This document shows positions 36,281 through 45,777 of a stretch of DNA of 64,000 nucleotides, in pieces; the stretch's first letter is position 1; every line of letters begins with the position of its first letter. The position numbers were made by a program, and so were the translations under genes. Origin of the DNA: an uncultured Clostridia bacterium (lineage in GTDB: Bacteria > Bacillota > Clostridia > Oscillospirales > Acutalibacteraceae); the NCBI GenBank assembly GCA_945863885.1, contig CAMAZY010000014.1, positions 500 to 64,499 on the forward strand, given 5' to 3'. The notes under the pieces are model-generated. The model ran no database searches. It was not told the DNA's origin and was given only the letters and a program-made list of their open reading frames with translations.

Positions 36281-36371
36281 ATTCACTATTCAATATTCAT
36301 CATTCATTATTCATTACAAAAATCCGTTCTTCTTAATGAATAGTGAAGGGCGAATAATGAAGAATGAATAG
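36281..36371. repeat. Inverted pair of 5x7-nt heptad arrays forming a long imperfect hairpin
   Basis: Left arm: attcact attcaat attcatc attcatt attcatt (36281-36315). Right arm: tgaatag tgaaggg cgaataa tgaagaa tgaatag (36337-36371). About 26 of 33 positions are complementary by hand alignment. Confidence 0.75.
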
Positions 36372-36377
36372 TACAAA

Positions 36378-36414
36378 GAAAAATCCGTCCTCAAAGAGAA
36401 CGGATTTTTCTTTT
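36378..36414. terminator. Terminator downstream of the metallophosphoesterase gene
   Basis: gaaaaatccgt / acggatttttc, with T-runs on both strands. Confidence 0.7.
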
Positions 36415-36456
36415 CAGTAGTGCGACAGCCCGTTTCGCCGTATACTGCACTGCGTT

Positions 36457-37473
36457 TTACCGTATCACCGAAAAATCATACATGTCTTTCACGCTGTCCT
36501 CACGGGTGTGAATCGTGATAAGCGTGCTTGAAACAGAAGTTTTCGCAGCAATATGATAGTATGTTCCGTTGTAAAAGCTGCACATATTGCTTACCGGGTG
36601 GACGTGACCGATTGCAACAAGTCCGACAACACCGCTTTCGTCAAAAACATCGTCAAGCGGCTGATTCTTCGGAATGTTGAATCTTTCCGCCGAGCGGGCA
36701 ATGGTTGCATAGCCCTTTTTGTAAGCCGCTCCGCTTTCGGCGGCCTTCTGAAAAGCCGGGGTGTTTTCGTGCATAAAGACGCTTACGGTAACATTTTCGT
36801 TTTCGATCTTCTTTTCGTCAATTTCTTCCTTGCACCAGTTCACCTGATCCTCGTGAACATATCCGTAAGTGTGTTCGCTGTCCTCGCTGTCGTAGTCCAT
36901 CGAATCGAGAAAGACCATTGAGTGCGTCATCTCTTCGCCGTCAAGAATATCGATACTGTACGAAGTCGCACCGGAAATGTCTTTTTCGTCCGCAATCAGA
37001 CAATGCTCATAGCCGCAAAGATAGGCGGCGACATCCTCCGTTGAACCGTAGTTCTGACCGTCGTTGTTGCCGGGAACATAAGCCCAATACTGACCGAGAT
37101 CCTCAAAAAGTCCTGCGACCTGACGCAGAACGTAAAACTTGTTGAAAGCGCCGCTGTCACCGTCGTTGATCATATCCCCCGTAATGACAACAAGATCCGG
37201 GTCGTATTTTTCTGTCTGGTCTTTCATTTTGGTAAGGGTGAGAACGTCGGCAAACGAAATGCCGGTCGTAAAATGTGTGTCCGTAAACTGTAAAACGGTG
37301 AAGTCTCCGTTTTCGTCAGTCTCAAGGTCAACAAGCTCTTTTTCGCAGGAGGCGGTAAGGGCGTAGCCGGAAATGTCGCCCTTTCCCTTCAGCTCGTTGA
37401 CGCTGTCGACGCTTGTGAAAAAGCCGCTGATAACGGTAAGGAATGCAAGGATTGCGGAAATAAATGTTTTCAT
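36457..37473 (-). CDS. Secreted calcineurin-like metallophosphoesterase
   Basis: Signal peptide. Motifs QFTDTHF, TGDMINDGD, GNNDG and IGHVHP. Confidence 0.82.
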   Translation of the reverse strand: MKTFISAILAFLTVISGFFTSVDSVNELKGKGDISGYALTASCEKELVDLETDENGDFTVLQFTDTHFTTGISFADVLTLTKMKDQTEKYDPDLVVITGDMINDGDSGAFNKFYVLRQVAGLFEDLGQYWAYVPGNNDGQNYGSTEDVAAYLCGYEHCLIADEKDISGATSYSIDILDGEEMTHSMVFLDSMDYDSEDSEHTYGYVHEDQVNWCKEEIDEKKIENENVTVSVFMHENTPAFQKAAESGAAYKKGYATIARSAERFNIPKNQPLDDVFDESGVVGLVAIGHVHPVSNMCSFYNGTYYHIAAKTSVSSTLITIHTREDSVKDMYDFSVIR

Positions 37474-37510
37474 ATTGAATACTCCTATGTTTTTTTATTA
37501 ACATGACTTC

Positions 37511-38821
37511 TCACTGTGCAGCGGACTTTGAGCTGTCAATGCTTTTTTCATTTTTCGGTTTTTCAATCAGATAGGCGATCGGAACGACCCGTCGTACAAC
37601 TTCGCTGATTCCAAGGCAGAGCACAGCCCACAGTACGGCTACGACTGCATAAAGGACAGCCTTTCCCGACAGGGTCGCAACGAACGAAGAAAAATATGCC
37701 AACGCAAAACGGCGGACAATTACATAACATACGGGAGAAAACGCAAAGAAGGTCATGAAAGCCTGACAAAGCTTTTGTGATCTTCCCGGATTTACCGTGC
37801 TTTTTCCGACAACAAACGGGAAAAGCTTGTCGGTTATTTTGGAAAGCGGGACAAGCAGGAAGTACAAGGAAACTGCACAGATGAGGATAAACGGCATTGA
37901 TTTGATATCGATAAATTTTCCGCCGATTTGCTCACAGATATTTTTCAGTTGGGCATGAACACCAAGGTAAAACAACGTGCTTTGTCCGATATAGACATAC
38001 ATATTGCGGATTTTGTGCGGAAGCCGGTCTGAGATTTTCATCAGAACAAGAGATAAGCCAATATTGATAAAAAGCGCACAGATCACGTAGACCGCAAAAT
38101 CCTTGCCGTATCGGTTCCCGTGAAGACTTGATCTGCCGTTTAAAAGAGCAAGAACCGAGCCCGTAATCAGCAAGGAAGCGGAAACAGCAAAATATCTCAC
38201 GGATGAAAGCGACTCTAATTTTTCTTTGACGCCGCCGTTGTAAGCATCCATCAGGATTCTTCCGATAAAAATCATCATCATTGCAACGGGAGTGACGTAA
38301 ATATGCATAAAGCCGCCGCTGCCTTTTTTAAGAAAGCTTATCGGCAACAGTAAAAACAAAAGAATGAACATCTTCTGCCTGTCGCATTTAGCGAGTCGTA
38401 TCACGGCCCAAAGCGCAATTTCGGCAAAGAACAAAAGCAAAATATAATACAAGGCCGGACCGGGAGAATATTTGCTTATCGATGTATTGGAAATCAGAAT
38501 ACCGTAAGCATATCTGGACAGATCAGGAATGGCGCCGCCGATGACAATGCGTCTGAGATACAAAATGGCAAGCGATATCATCTGAAGCCAGAAATACGGA
38601 ACGATCAGCTTTTTAAAACAATTCAAAAAGAAATCCTTAAACGAGGTTTTATAGCATTTTTCAACGTTGAACGTAAAGCCCGTTGCCAGAAGAAACAACG
38701 GCATATGAAAGGAATAAATCCAGGTATCCAATTTTCCGCCGATTTCGAAATGTCCGAGAATAACGAAGAAAAAGCCTACGGCCTTGAGAAGATCGATCCA
38801 TACGATTCGTTTACTTTTCAT
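37511..38821 (-). CDS. Acyltransferase family 3 membrane protein
   Basis: Start at ATG 38821 (MKSKRIVWIDLLKAVGFFFVILGH, the typical Acyl_transf_3 N-terminus). At least 10 TM helices. Confidence 0.8.
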   Translation of the reverse strand: MKSKRIVWIDLLKAVGFFFVILGHFEIGGKLDTWIYSFHMPLFLLATGFTFNVEKCYKTSFKDFFLNCFKKLIVPYFWLQMISLAILYLRRIVIGGAIPDLSRYAYGILISNTSISKYSPGPALYYILLLFFAEIALWAVIRLAKCDRQKMFILLFLLLPISFLKKGSGGFMHIYVTPVAMMMIFIGRILMDAYNGGVKEKLESLSSVRYFAVSASLLITGSVLALLNGRSSLHGNRYGKDFAVYVICALFINIGLSLVLMKISDRLPHKIRNMYVYIGQSTLFYLGVHAQLKNICEQIGGKFIDIKSMPFILICAVSLYFLLVPLSKITDKLFPFVVGKSTVNPGRSQKLCQAFMTFFAFSPVCYVIVRRFALAYFSSFVATLSGKAVLYAVVAVLWAVLCLGISEVVRRVVPIAYLIEKPKNEKSIDSSKSAAQ

Positions 38822-38973
38822 GGTTGAAATCCTTTCTTTTACAGGGACGGCTTCCGTTATCGCACCTGTACCGTACTTAGGAAAGAGAAAATCTGCCAAA
38901 AAGAGCAAAAATTGACTTTTCCGGTTTTCGGCAAGGAGATTGCTTATCCTTACAATCCCCTTGTGAGCTGAAT

Positions 38974-39696
38974 TTATTCGATTTTTTTGATGACATCGAT
39001 AACGTCCTCGTTGAATGTCAGCGAGGCATAGCGGTCAAACGAGGTTTCGGATTTGTTGATCAGCACAAGCTTGTCCCCCTTGAAATACCGGACAAAAGAG
39101 GCGGCGGGATAAACGACGAGCGAAGTGCCGATGACGATCATCGTGTCCGCTTTTTCGATCGCCGAAACCGCCCGGTCGATAACCGATTCGTCAAGCGGCT
39201 CTTCGTATAAGACAACGTCGGGCTTGATAACGGCGCCGCATTCGTCACAAAGCGGAATCCCCGTGCTTTGGGTAATGAATTCAAGCGGAAAGCTCTTTTT
39301 GCATTTTGTGCAGAAATTTCTGTGAACGCTTCCGTGAAGCTCAACAACGTTTTTACTGCCTGCCGCCTGATGAAGTCCGTCGATGTTCTGCGTGACGACC
39401 GTAACGTTTTTGCCTGTTTCTTCAAGCTTTGCAAAATAAAGGTGCGCCTTGTTCGGCTTGGCGTCGGGATAAAGCATGGCGCTTTTATAAAAATCATAGA
39501 ACATTTCCGTATGCTCAAGAAAGAACGAATGGGAAATAATCTGTTCGGGTGAAAACATATAGCCGGATTCTCTGTTATAAAGACCGTCAGCGGAACGGAA
39601 ATCGGGGATTCCCGACGGACAGCTGATGCCGGCTCCGGTAAAGGCGCAAAGGTTCCGGCTTTCATCGATCATCGTTTTCAATTTTTCGTATTTCAT
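38974..39696 (-). CDS. cobB: NAD-dependent protein deacylase (Sir2 family)
   Basis: GAGISCPSGIPDFRS, QNIDGLH, ELHGS and Zn ribbon CTKC...CDEC. Confidence 0.9.
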   Translation of the reverse strand: MKYEKLKTMIDESRNLCAFTGAGISCPSGIPDFRSADGLYNRESGYMFSPEQIISHSFFLEHTEMFYDFYKSAMLYPDAKPNKAHLYFAKLEETGKNVTVVTQNIDGLHQAAGSKNVVELHGSVHRNFCTKCKKSFPLEFITQSTGIPLCDECGAVIKPDVVLYEEPLDESVIDRAVSAIEKADTMIVIGTSLVVYPAASFVRYFKGDKLVLINKSETSFDRYASLTFNEDVIDVIKKIE

Positions 39697-39847
39697 TTCA
39701 GACCGCCTTTCCTTTATATTTAGAAAAGTTTACCATATTTTTGATTTTTTTTCAACCTCGATTTTTCCGGGCGAAAAGCCGATTTACAATGAGGAAAAAT
39801 TATGATATAATAAAAGCACTAAGAAACAGAAAAAAGGAGAAACAGCC

Positions 39848-40900
39848 ATGAGCGTAACCAAAACACTTTACGATACCATGCCGGATTCCCGTCCGGTCTA
39901 TCTTTATACGATTGAAAACAACAAGGGGGTCACCGCCGGAATCATCACAAGAGGAGCAACGCTTGATTCCTTCTGCTGTCCCGATAAGAACGGCGAAAAC
40001 GGCGACATCATTGCCGGCTTTGACAATATTCTCGGTCATATCAATTCGGGCACCTTTACGGGCGAAGTAATCGGTCAGTACGCCAACCGGATCGGCGGCG
40101 GAAAATTCACGCTCGGCGGAAAGGAATATGAGGTCACCAAGAACGAAAAAGGCATCACCTGCCTGCACGGCGGCGCCGAGTACAGCAGCGCCCTTTGGCA
40201 TGCGATCATCGTTGACGACAACGCCGTTGAATTTTCTTATCACAGCCCCGACGGCAAAGAGGGCTTCCCCGGTAACGTTGACGTAAAGGTCACATATATT
40301 CTGACCGATAAAAACGAGTTGGAGCTTCATTACGAGGCCGTCAGCGACAAGGATACCATCATCAATCTGACCAATCACGCCTACTTCAATCTCGGTACGA
40401 CCGCAAACGGCGATATTCTTGATACCGAGCTGATGCTCAACTGCGATTGCTTTACCCCGACGGACGAAAACAGCATACCGACCGGCGAGATAAGACCGGT
40501 TGAGGGCACGGCCTTTGATTTCCGGACGCCGAAGAAAATCGGTCGGGATATAAACGCTGACGATATTCAGCTGAAAAATGCCGGCGGCTATGACCATAAC
40601 TTCTGTATCAACGGGGAAGCCGGAACGCTGCGTCTTGCTGCAAAAGCAAAGGATGAAAAGAGCGGCAGACAGCTTACGGTATTGACCGACCTTCCGGGCG
40701 TACAGTTTTATACCGGAAACTTTATGGACGGCGAGACCGGGAAAAACGGTATCGGACTTAACAAGCATTACGGATTTTGCTTAGAGACGCAGTTTTATCC
40801 CGATTCGCCGAACCGTCCGGAGTTTCCGTCGTGCGAGATAAAGGCAAACGAAAAATTCAAAACGCTTACCGTTTTCAAGGTCGGCGTTTGTGAAGAGTAA
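39848..40900 (+). CDS. galM: Aldose 1-epimerase
   Basis: LHGG, NHAYFNL and CLETQFYPDSPN. 350 aa. Confidence 0.9.
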   Translation: MSVTKTLYDTMPDSRPVYLYTIENNKGVTAGIITRGATLDSFCCPDKNGENGDIIAGFDNILGHINSGTFTGEVIGQYANRIGGGKFTLGGKEYEVTKNEKGITCLHGGAEYSSALWHAIIVDDNAVEFSYHSPDGKEGFPGNVDVKVTYILTDKNELELHYEAVSDKDTIINLTNHAYFNLGTTANGDILDTELMLNCDCFTPTDENSIPTGEIRPVEGTAFDFRTPKKIGRDINADDIQLKNAGGYDHNFCINGEAGTLRLAAKAKDEKSGRQLTVLTDLPGVQFYTGNFMDGETGKNGIGLNKHYGFCLETQFYPDSPNRPEFPSCEIKANEKFKTLTVFKVGVCEE

Positions 40901-40907
40901 AAAGAAC

Positions 40908-41066
40908 GGGGCTGTCGCATTTAGATGCAGAAACCGTTTTCTTCACCCCGAAGCTGTATAAAGATACCGCGAGCGGGTGAAAAAACGGTTAAAAAAGAAA
41001 AATGCAACCATTTCATTTTCAATTTAAGCATTTTTCTTTTTGTTCTGCGCTAAATGCGACAGCCCC
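40908..41066. repeat. 159-nt element bounded by a perfect 17-bp inverted repeat, with a nested 15-16 bp hairpin
   Basis: ggggctgtcgcatttag (40908-40924) pairs with ctaaatgcgacagcccc (41050-41066). Inner hairpin: aaccgttttcttcaccc (40932-40948) with gggtgaaaaaacggtt (40975-40990). Confidence 0.75.
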
Positions 41067-41074
41067 ATTTGTTA

Positions 41075-42007
41075 TTATTTTTCGATATTCGTTTCGTCTA
41101 CGATAAAGACGGGTCTGCCCTTGACCTCTTCATAAATTCTTGCTAAGTATTCGCCGATAATGCCGAGACACGCCATGATGATTCCGCCGATGACAAGCAA
41201 AGCGGCAAGAACCACATGAAGGCCCGAAAGCGGCCTTGAAACGCCGTAGCGGAGAATCAGAAAAACGACAAAGTAAATCAGTCCGGCAGCACCCGAAAGA
41301 CCGCCCAGATAAATCGGAAGCCGTAAGGGCGAATTGCAGTAGCTTAAAATTCCGTCAATCGCATATTTCAAAAGCTTTTTGATGTTCCACTTTGTGTTGC
41401 CGGCGGCACGCTCCCGGTTTTCGTGCGGGAACCATTTTGTTTTAAAGCCGACCCAGCTGAAAATACCCTTTGTGAAGCGGTTGTGTTCGGTCATGGACAG
41501 CATCGCTTCGACGACCTTGCGCTTCATGATGCGGAAATCCTGAGCACCGTTGTCGATTTCAACCTCAGTCATTTTGTTGGCCACCTTATAAAACGAATCG
41601 GACAGGAAGCTTTTCAGTCCGCTTTCACCCTTGCGGTCGCTTCTTTTCGCCGCCGCAACGTCGTAGCCTTCTTCGAGTGCTTCAAGCATTTCGGGAATCA
41701 GCGCCGGGCTGTGCTGTAAGTCGGCGTCGAGAATGCCGACATACTCCGCACTGCTGTACCGAAGTCCCGAAAGCATCGCCGCCTCTTTCCCGAAGTTTCT
41801 CGAAAAGGATATGTATTTGACTCTTTCGTCTTTTTCGGCAAGAGCCTTGATAATTTTCAGTGTGTCGTCACGGCTTCCGTCGTTTACGAAAATAAAGCGG
41901 TAATCGTAGCCGTCAAGCGACTGCATAACAGGTGTGACTTCTTTATAAAATAAGTCGAGAACGTCGCTTTCGTTAAAACAGGGAACTATCATTTCAAGCG
42001 TTTTCAT
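41075..42007 (-). CDS. GT2 polyprenyl-phosphate glycosyltransferase (GtrB/DPM1-like) with two C-terminal TM helices
   Basis: Start at ATG 42007 (MKTLEMIVPCFNE). VNDGSRD, DADLQH, and a C-terminal hydrophobic pair. Confidence 0.82.
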   Translation of the reverse strand: MKTLEMIVPCFNESDVLDLFYKEVTPVMQSLDGYDYRFIFVNDGSRDDTLKIIKALAEKDERVKYISFSRNFGKEAAMLSGLRYSSAEYVGILDADLQHSPALIPEMLEALEEGYDVAAAKRSDRKGESGLKSFLSDSFYKVANKMTEVEIDNGAQDFRIMKRKVVEAMLSMTEHNRFTKGIFSWVGFKTKWFPHENRERAAGNTKWNIKKLLKYAIDGILSYCNSPLRLPIYLGGLSGAAGLIYFVVFLILRYGVSRPLSGLHVVLAALLVIGGIIMACLGIIGEYLARIYEEVKGRPVFIVDETNIEK

Positions 42008-42224
42008 TATTCTTATCTCCCGAATGAATTTTGTCAATACACTATATACTATATCACTTTTTTTTGCAGGTTTCAACAAAGGAAAGAAAATCAATTATTA
42101 AAATATTGTAATAATTGAAGCAAGCGTTTTCCGCAAACGGATTGTCCCGTCAGAACGCAGAAGTTTTGCTGTACTGTCGGCGGCAAATATGCTATAATAC
42201 AGAAAAAGCTTTACGAGGTTCAAA

Positions 42225-42875
42225 ATGAAAAACTATTCTTACGTTTTATGGGACTGGAACGGGACGCTGATTGACGATCTTCAGATGAACATCGACCTTG
42301 AAAACAGTATGCTTCGTCAAAGAAATCTCCCACCGCTTCCGTCAAAGGAGTTTTATCTTGAAAACTTCGACTTTCCGATTCTCGATTTTTATCACCTGAT
42401 CGGCTATACGTTCGAAAACGAAACTTATGAAGAAGTCGCTGAAATTTACGCCGCCGAATACGAAAAGAGACTTGCGACGACCTCTCTTTTCCCCGATGCC
42501 GAAAACGTACTGGATGCTCTTTCAAAAAGCGGCTCCCGACAGGTCATCATCTCTGCAACCGAACAGAATATGCTTCTGTCTCAGATTGAACGTTACGGTA
42601 TTTCAAAGTATTTTGAATCGATTCTCGGGACGGACAACAAATTAGGGCAAAGCAAGGTGCAGACCGCTCTTTCGTGGCTTCGGGAAAACGAAATCGACCC
42701 GAAAACGGCGGTGTTTATCGGCGATACGCTTCACGACCTTGAAACTGCAAAAGCATTAGGCTGCGACTGTATTCTGACAAGCCGGGGACACTTTTCGAAA
42801 AAACGGCTTCTTTCTGCCGGCGTGCCTGTTGCCGACAGCCTTGACGAAGTAATGGAAATGCTGGTGAAAAAATGA
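42225..42875 (+). CDS. HAD-superfamily hydrolase
   Basis: LWDWNGTLIDD motif I region, SATEQ, and GDTLHD motif IV region. Confidence 0.75.
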   Translation: MKNYSYVLWDWNGTLIDDLQMNIDLENSMLRQRNLPPLPSKEFYLENFDFPILDFYHLIGYTFENETYEEVAEIYAAEYEKRLATTSLFPDAENVLDALSKSGSRQVIISATEQNMLLSQIERYGISKYFESILGTDNKLGQSKVQTALSWLRENEIDPKTAVFIGDTLHDLETAKALGCDCILTSRGHFSKKRLLSAGVPVADSLDEVMEMLVKK

Positions 42876-43972
42876 AGATTATCCTTGCACCCGACTCATT
42901 CAAGGGGACGCTTTCGTCCGTGAGCGTCTGCGACATCATCGGCGGGGTACTGAAAGAGAAGTACCCCGAAGCCGAGATTATTAAAATCCCGATTGCCGAC
43001 GGCGGCGAGGGCACAAGTGAAGCGTATCTGCATATTTTCGGCGGCGAGATGATTACCGTAAAAGCCGAAAGTCCGCTCGGAAACATCATTGATGCAAGCT
43101 ATGCACTGCTATCGGATAAGACCGCTGTCATTGAAACGGCGGCGGCAAGCGGTATCAGTATCGAGAAAGAAAACAATGCGCTGAAAGCTTCGACCTACGG
43201 CACGGGTCAGCTGATTCTTGATGCGCTGAACAAGGGAGCCGAACGGATCATTTTAGGTCTTGGCGGAAGCGCAACCACCGACGGCGGAACGGGCTTTCTT
43301 TCCGCTCTCGGTGTGCGGTTTTTCAAGTCGGACGGCTCTTGCGTAAAGAGGGGCGGTATAGGACTTGCTGAACTTGACCGCATTGACCTTACGGGGCTTG
43401 ATAAGAGACTGCAAAGCGTACCGCTGACTGTTTTGTGCGACGTAAAAAATCCGCTTTTCGGCGAAACCGGCGCCGCCTTTGTCTTTGCTCCGCAAAAGGG
43501 CGCTGACAAATCTCAGGTACAGCTTCTTGACAACGGGCTTCGTGTTCTTGCCGCAGTAACCGCAAAGACGCTCGGAAAAGATTTCGCCTCTCTTCCCGGA
43601 GCCGGAGCGGCAGGCGGAATGGGATTTGCGGCGGCGGCTTTTCTCGGCGCAACACTTCAAAGCGGAATCGACTGTATTCTCGATGCGGCAAATTTTGAAA
43701 AAATGAGCGAAAACGCCGATCTTGTGATAACGGGCGAGGGAAAAATGGATTCGCAAAGCCTTTTCGGAAAAGCACCGTTCGGTGTTGCAAAACGAAGCCG
43801 GGCGAAAAAGACGATTGCCGTTGTCGGCGTTTTTGAGGCGGACAAAGAGGAAGCAAGGCGGCTTTCAATTGAAGAAGTCATCGAAACGAATCCGCTCCAC
43901 CTGCCGTTTGTGTCGATAAAAGACAGGGCGGAAGAGATGCTCACGGAAGCGGCGAAAAAAATCACGGTATAA
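42872..43972 (+). CDS. Glycerate kinase
   Basis: MKIILAPDSFKGTLS N-terminus, GGSATTDGG and ITGEGKMDSQS. The start overlaps the HAD gene stop (ATGA). Confidence 0.88.
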   Translation: MKIILAPDSFKGTLSSVSVCDIIGGVLKEKYPEAEIIKIPIADGGEGTSEAYLHIFGGEMITVKAESPLGNIIDASYALLSDKTAVIETAAASGISIEKENNALKASTYGTGQLILDALNKGAERIILGLGGSATTDGGTGFLSALGVRFFKSDGSCVKRGGIGLAELDRIDLTGLDKRLQSVPLTVLCDVKNPLFGETGAAFVFAPQKGADKSQVQLLDNGLRVLAAVTAKTLGKDFASLPGAGAAGGMGFAAAAFLGATLQSGIDCILDAANFEKMSENADLVITGEGKMDSQSLFGKAPFGVAKRSRAKKTIAVVGVFEADKEEARRLSIEEVIETNPLHLPFVSIKDRAEEMLTEAAKKITV

Positions 43973-44061
43973 CACAACAAATATTCTCGTTTTACTTGAT
44001 TTTTTTCTTTGTTTGTGGCTTAATATTAAATGTAAATTATAAAGTAAGGAGATGTGTTCCG

Positions 44062-45585
44062 ATGGCACAAATCAAACAGCTCAAGTACTTCGCCGGCGGC
44101 GAATGGCTTGAGTCAAAGACCGAAAAATACATGGACGTTTACAACCCCAGCACAGGCGAGGTAATCGCTAAGACTCCCTGCTGTACCGCAAACGAGGTTG
44201 AATACGCAATCCAATGCGCAAAAGAAGCCTTCGGTCCGTGGTCAAACACCCCGGTTATGAAAAGAGTTCAGGTTCTCTATAAATTCAGAGAGCTTTTGAT
44301 CGAAAACATGGATGAGCTTTCCAAGCTTTGCGCTCTTGAGCACGGCAAGGTTCTTTCCGAAGCCAAGGGCGATATTCTCAAGGTTAAAGAGCCGGTCGAG
44401 CACGCCATCAGCGCTCCGTCGCTCACTATGGGTGACAGCATGAGAGATACCTCAAGCGGCTACGACACCACGCTTTATTACGAGCCGGTCGGCGTTTTCG
44501 CCGGTATCGTTCCGTTCAACTTCCCGGGCATGATTCCGATGGGCTGGATGGTTCCGATGTGCATCGCCTGCGGTAACACAATTGTGTTGAAGCTTGCTTC
44601 CATGACGCCGATGACCGCTATGCGTCTTTGCGAGCTTCTTGTCGAAGCCGGACTTCCGAAGGGTGTTGTCAACCTTGTTACCTGCAGCCGTGTTGAAGCT
44701 GATATCTTCCTGACCCACCCCGACGTTAAGGGTATCACCTTCGTCGGCTCGACAAGCGTCGGCAAGCATATTTACGCAACCGCCGCCGCTCACGGCAAGA
44801 GAGTTCAGTGCCTTTGCGAAGCGAAGAACCACGCCCTTGTTTTAGAGGACGCCGCTCTTGAAAGAAGCGCAAGAGGTATCATCAACTCCGCTTTCGGCTG
44901 CGCCGGTGAACGTTGCATGGCTCTTCCCGTTGTTGTTGCGCAGGACACGATTGCCGACAAGCTTGTTGCTTACTTAAAGCAGTTCGCAAGCGAGCTTACC
45001 GTAGGTCCGGCTTATCTTCCCGACTCAAAGCTCGGCCCCGTGGTTTCCGCCGCTCATAAGAAGAGCGTTCTTGACTGGATCCAGAAAGGTCTTGATGAGG
45101 GCGCCACGATGGTTCTTGACGGACGTGACGTGAAGGTTCCGGGTGCGGAAAACGGCTTTTATATCGGGCCGACAATCCTTGATAATGTTACCGAGGATAT
45201 GACCGTCGGCACGCAGGAAATCTTCGGACCCGTACTTTGCATCAAGAGAGTCAGGAGCTTCGAAGAGGGTCTTGCGATCATGAACCGCAACCCGTTCGCA
45301 AACGGCTCAGTTATCTTCACCCAGAACGGCTACTATGCAAGAGAATTTGCAAAGCGTACGGACGGCGGTATGGTCGGCGTTAACGTTGGCATCCCCGTTC
45401 CCGTCGGCGTCTTCCCGTTCACGGGACACAAGAATTCTTTCATCGGCGACCTTCATTGTCTCGGCAAGGACGGGTTCCGCTTCTTCACCGAAACCAAGGC
45501 GGTTACCACCCGTTGGTTTGACGAAGAGGAAATGAAAGCGACGCACGTTGACACCTGGGACGGTTCCGTTGGCGGCGGCGTGTAA
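44062..45585 (+). CDS. mmsA: CoA-acylating methylmalonate/malonate-semialdehyde dehydrogenase
   Basis: Start at ATG 44062, 10 nt after AAGGAG. FNFPGMIPMGW, catalytic GERCMA and EIFGPV. Confidence 0.85.
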   Translation: MAQIKQLKYFAGGEWLESKTEKYMDVYNPSTGEVIAKTPCCTANEVEYAIQCAKEAFGPWSNTPVMKRVQVLYKFRELLIENMDELSKLCALEHGKVLSEAKGDILKVKEPVEHAISAPSLTMGDSMRDTSSGYDTTLYYEPVGVFAGIVPFNFPGMIPMGWMVPMCIACGNTIVLKLASMTPMTAMRLCELLVEAGLPKGVVNLVTCSRVEADIFLTHPDVKGITFVGSTSVGKHIYATAAAHGKRVQCLCEAKNHALVLEDAALERSARGIINSAFGCAGERCMALPVVVAQDTIADKLVAYLKQFASELTVGPAYLPDSKLGPVVSAAHKKSVLDWIQKGLDEGATMVLDGRDVKVPGAENGFYIGPTILDNVTEDMTVGTQEIFGPVLCIKRVRSFEEGLAIMNRNPFANGSVIFTQNGYYAREFAKRTDGGMVGVNVGIPVPVGVFPFTGHKNSFIGDLHCLGKDGFRFFTETKAVTTRWFDEEEMKATHVDTWDGSVGGGV

Positions 45586-45777
45586 CGCTTGAAGAACTTC
45601 AAGCGTAAGTAAGAAGTAAGAGTGAATAGTGAAGAAGTGTCGTAGTTTTCGGCACTTGACTGTCGGCAGTAGCCGGGACGTTTGATTTAAGTTTTCCCTT
45701 AAAACAAAACAAGCTCTCGGTATGCCGACAGTTTTTTGTTTTCAAAACGCAAAACAGCAAAAAGGAGAAAAAAGAGA

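Noticed and set aside
38974-39696. Sir2-domain gene as a possible phage-defence (Thoeris/DSR-like) component
   Set aside because: It is a compact 240-aa CobB-type deacylase with the Zn-ribbon and catalytic His. It has no fused effector or sensor domain and no defence-type neighbours, so a housekeeping role is far more likely.
39800-40768. 322-aa ORF on the - strand
   Set aside because: It is antisense to galM, whose product carries aldose-1-epimerase motifs. It has no recognisable motifs or SD.
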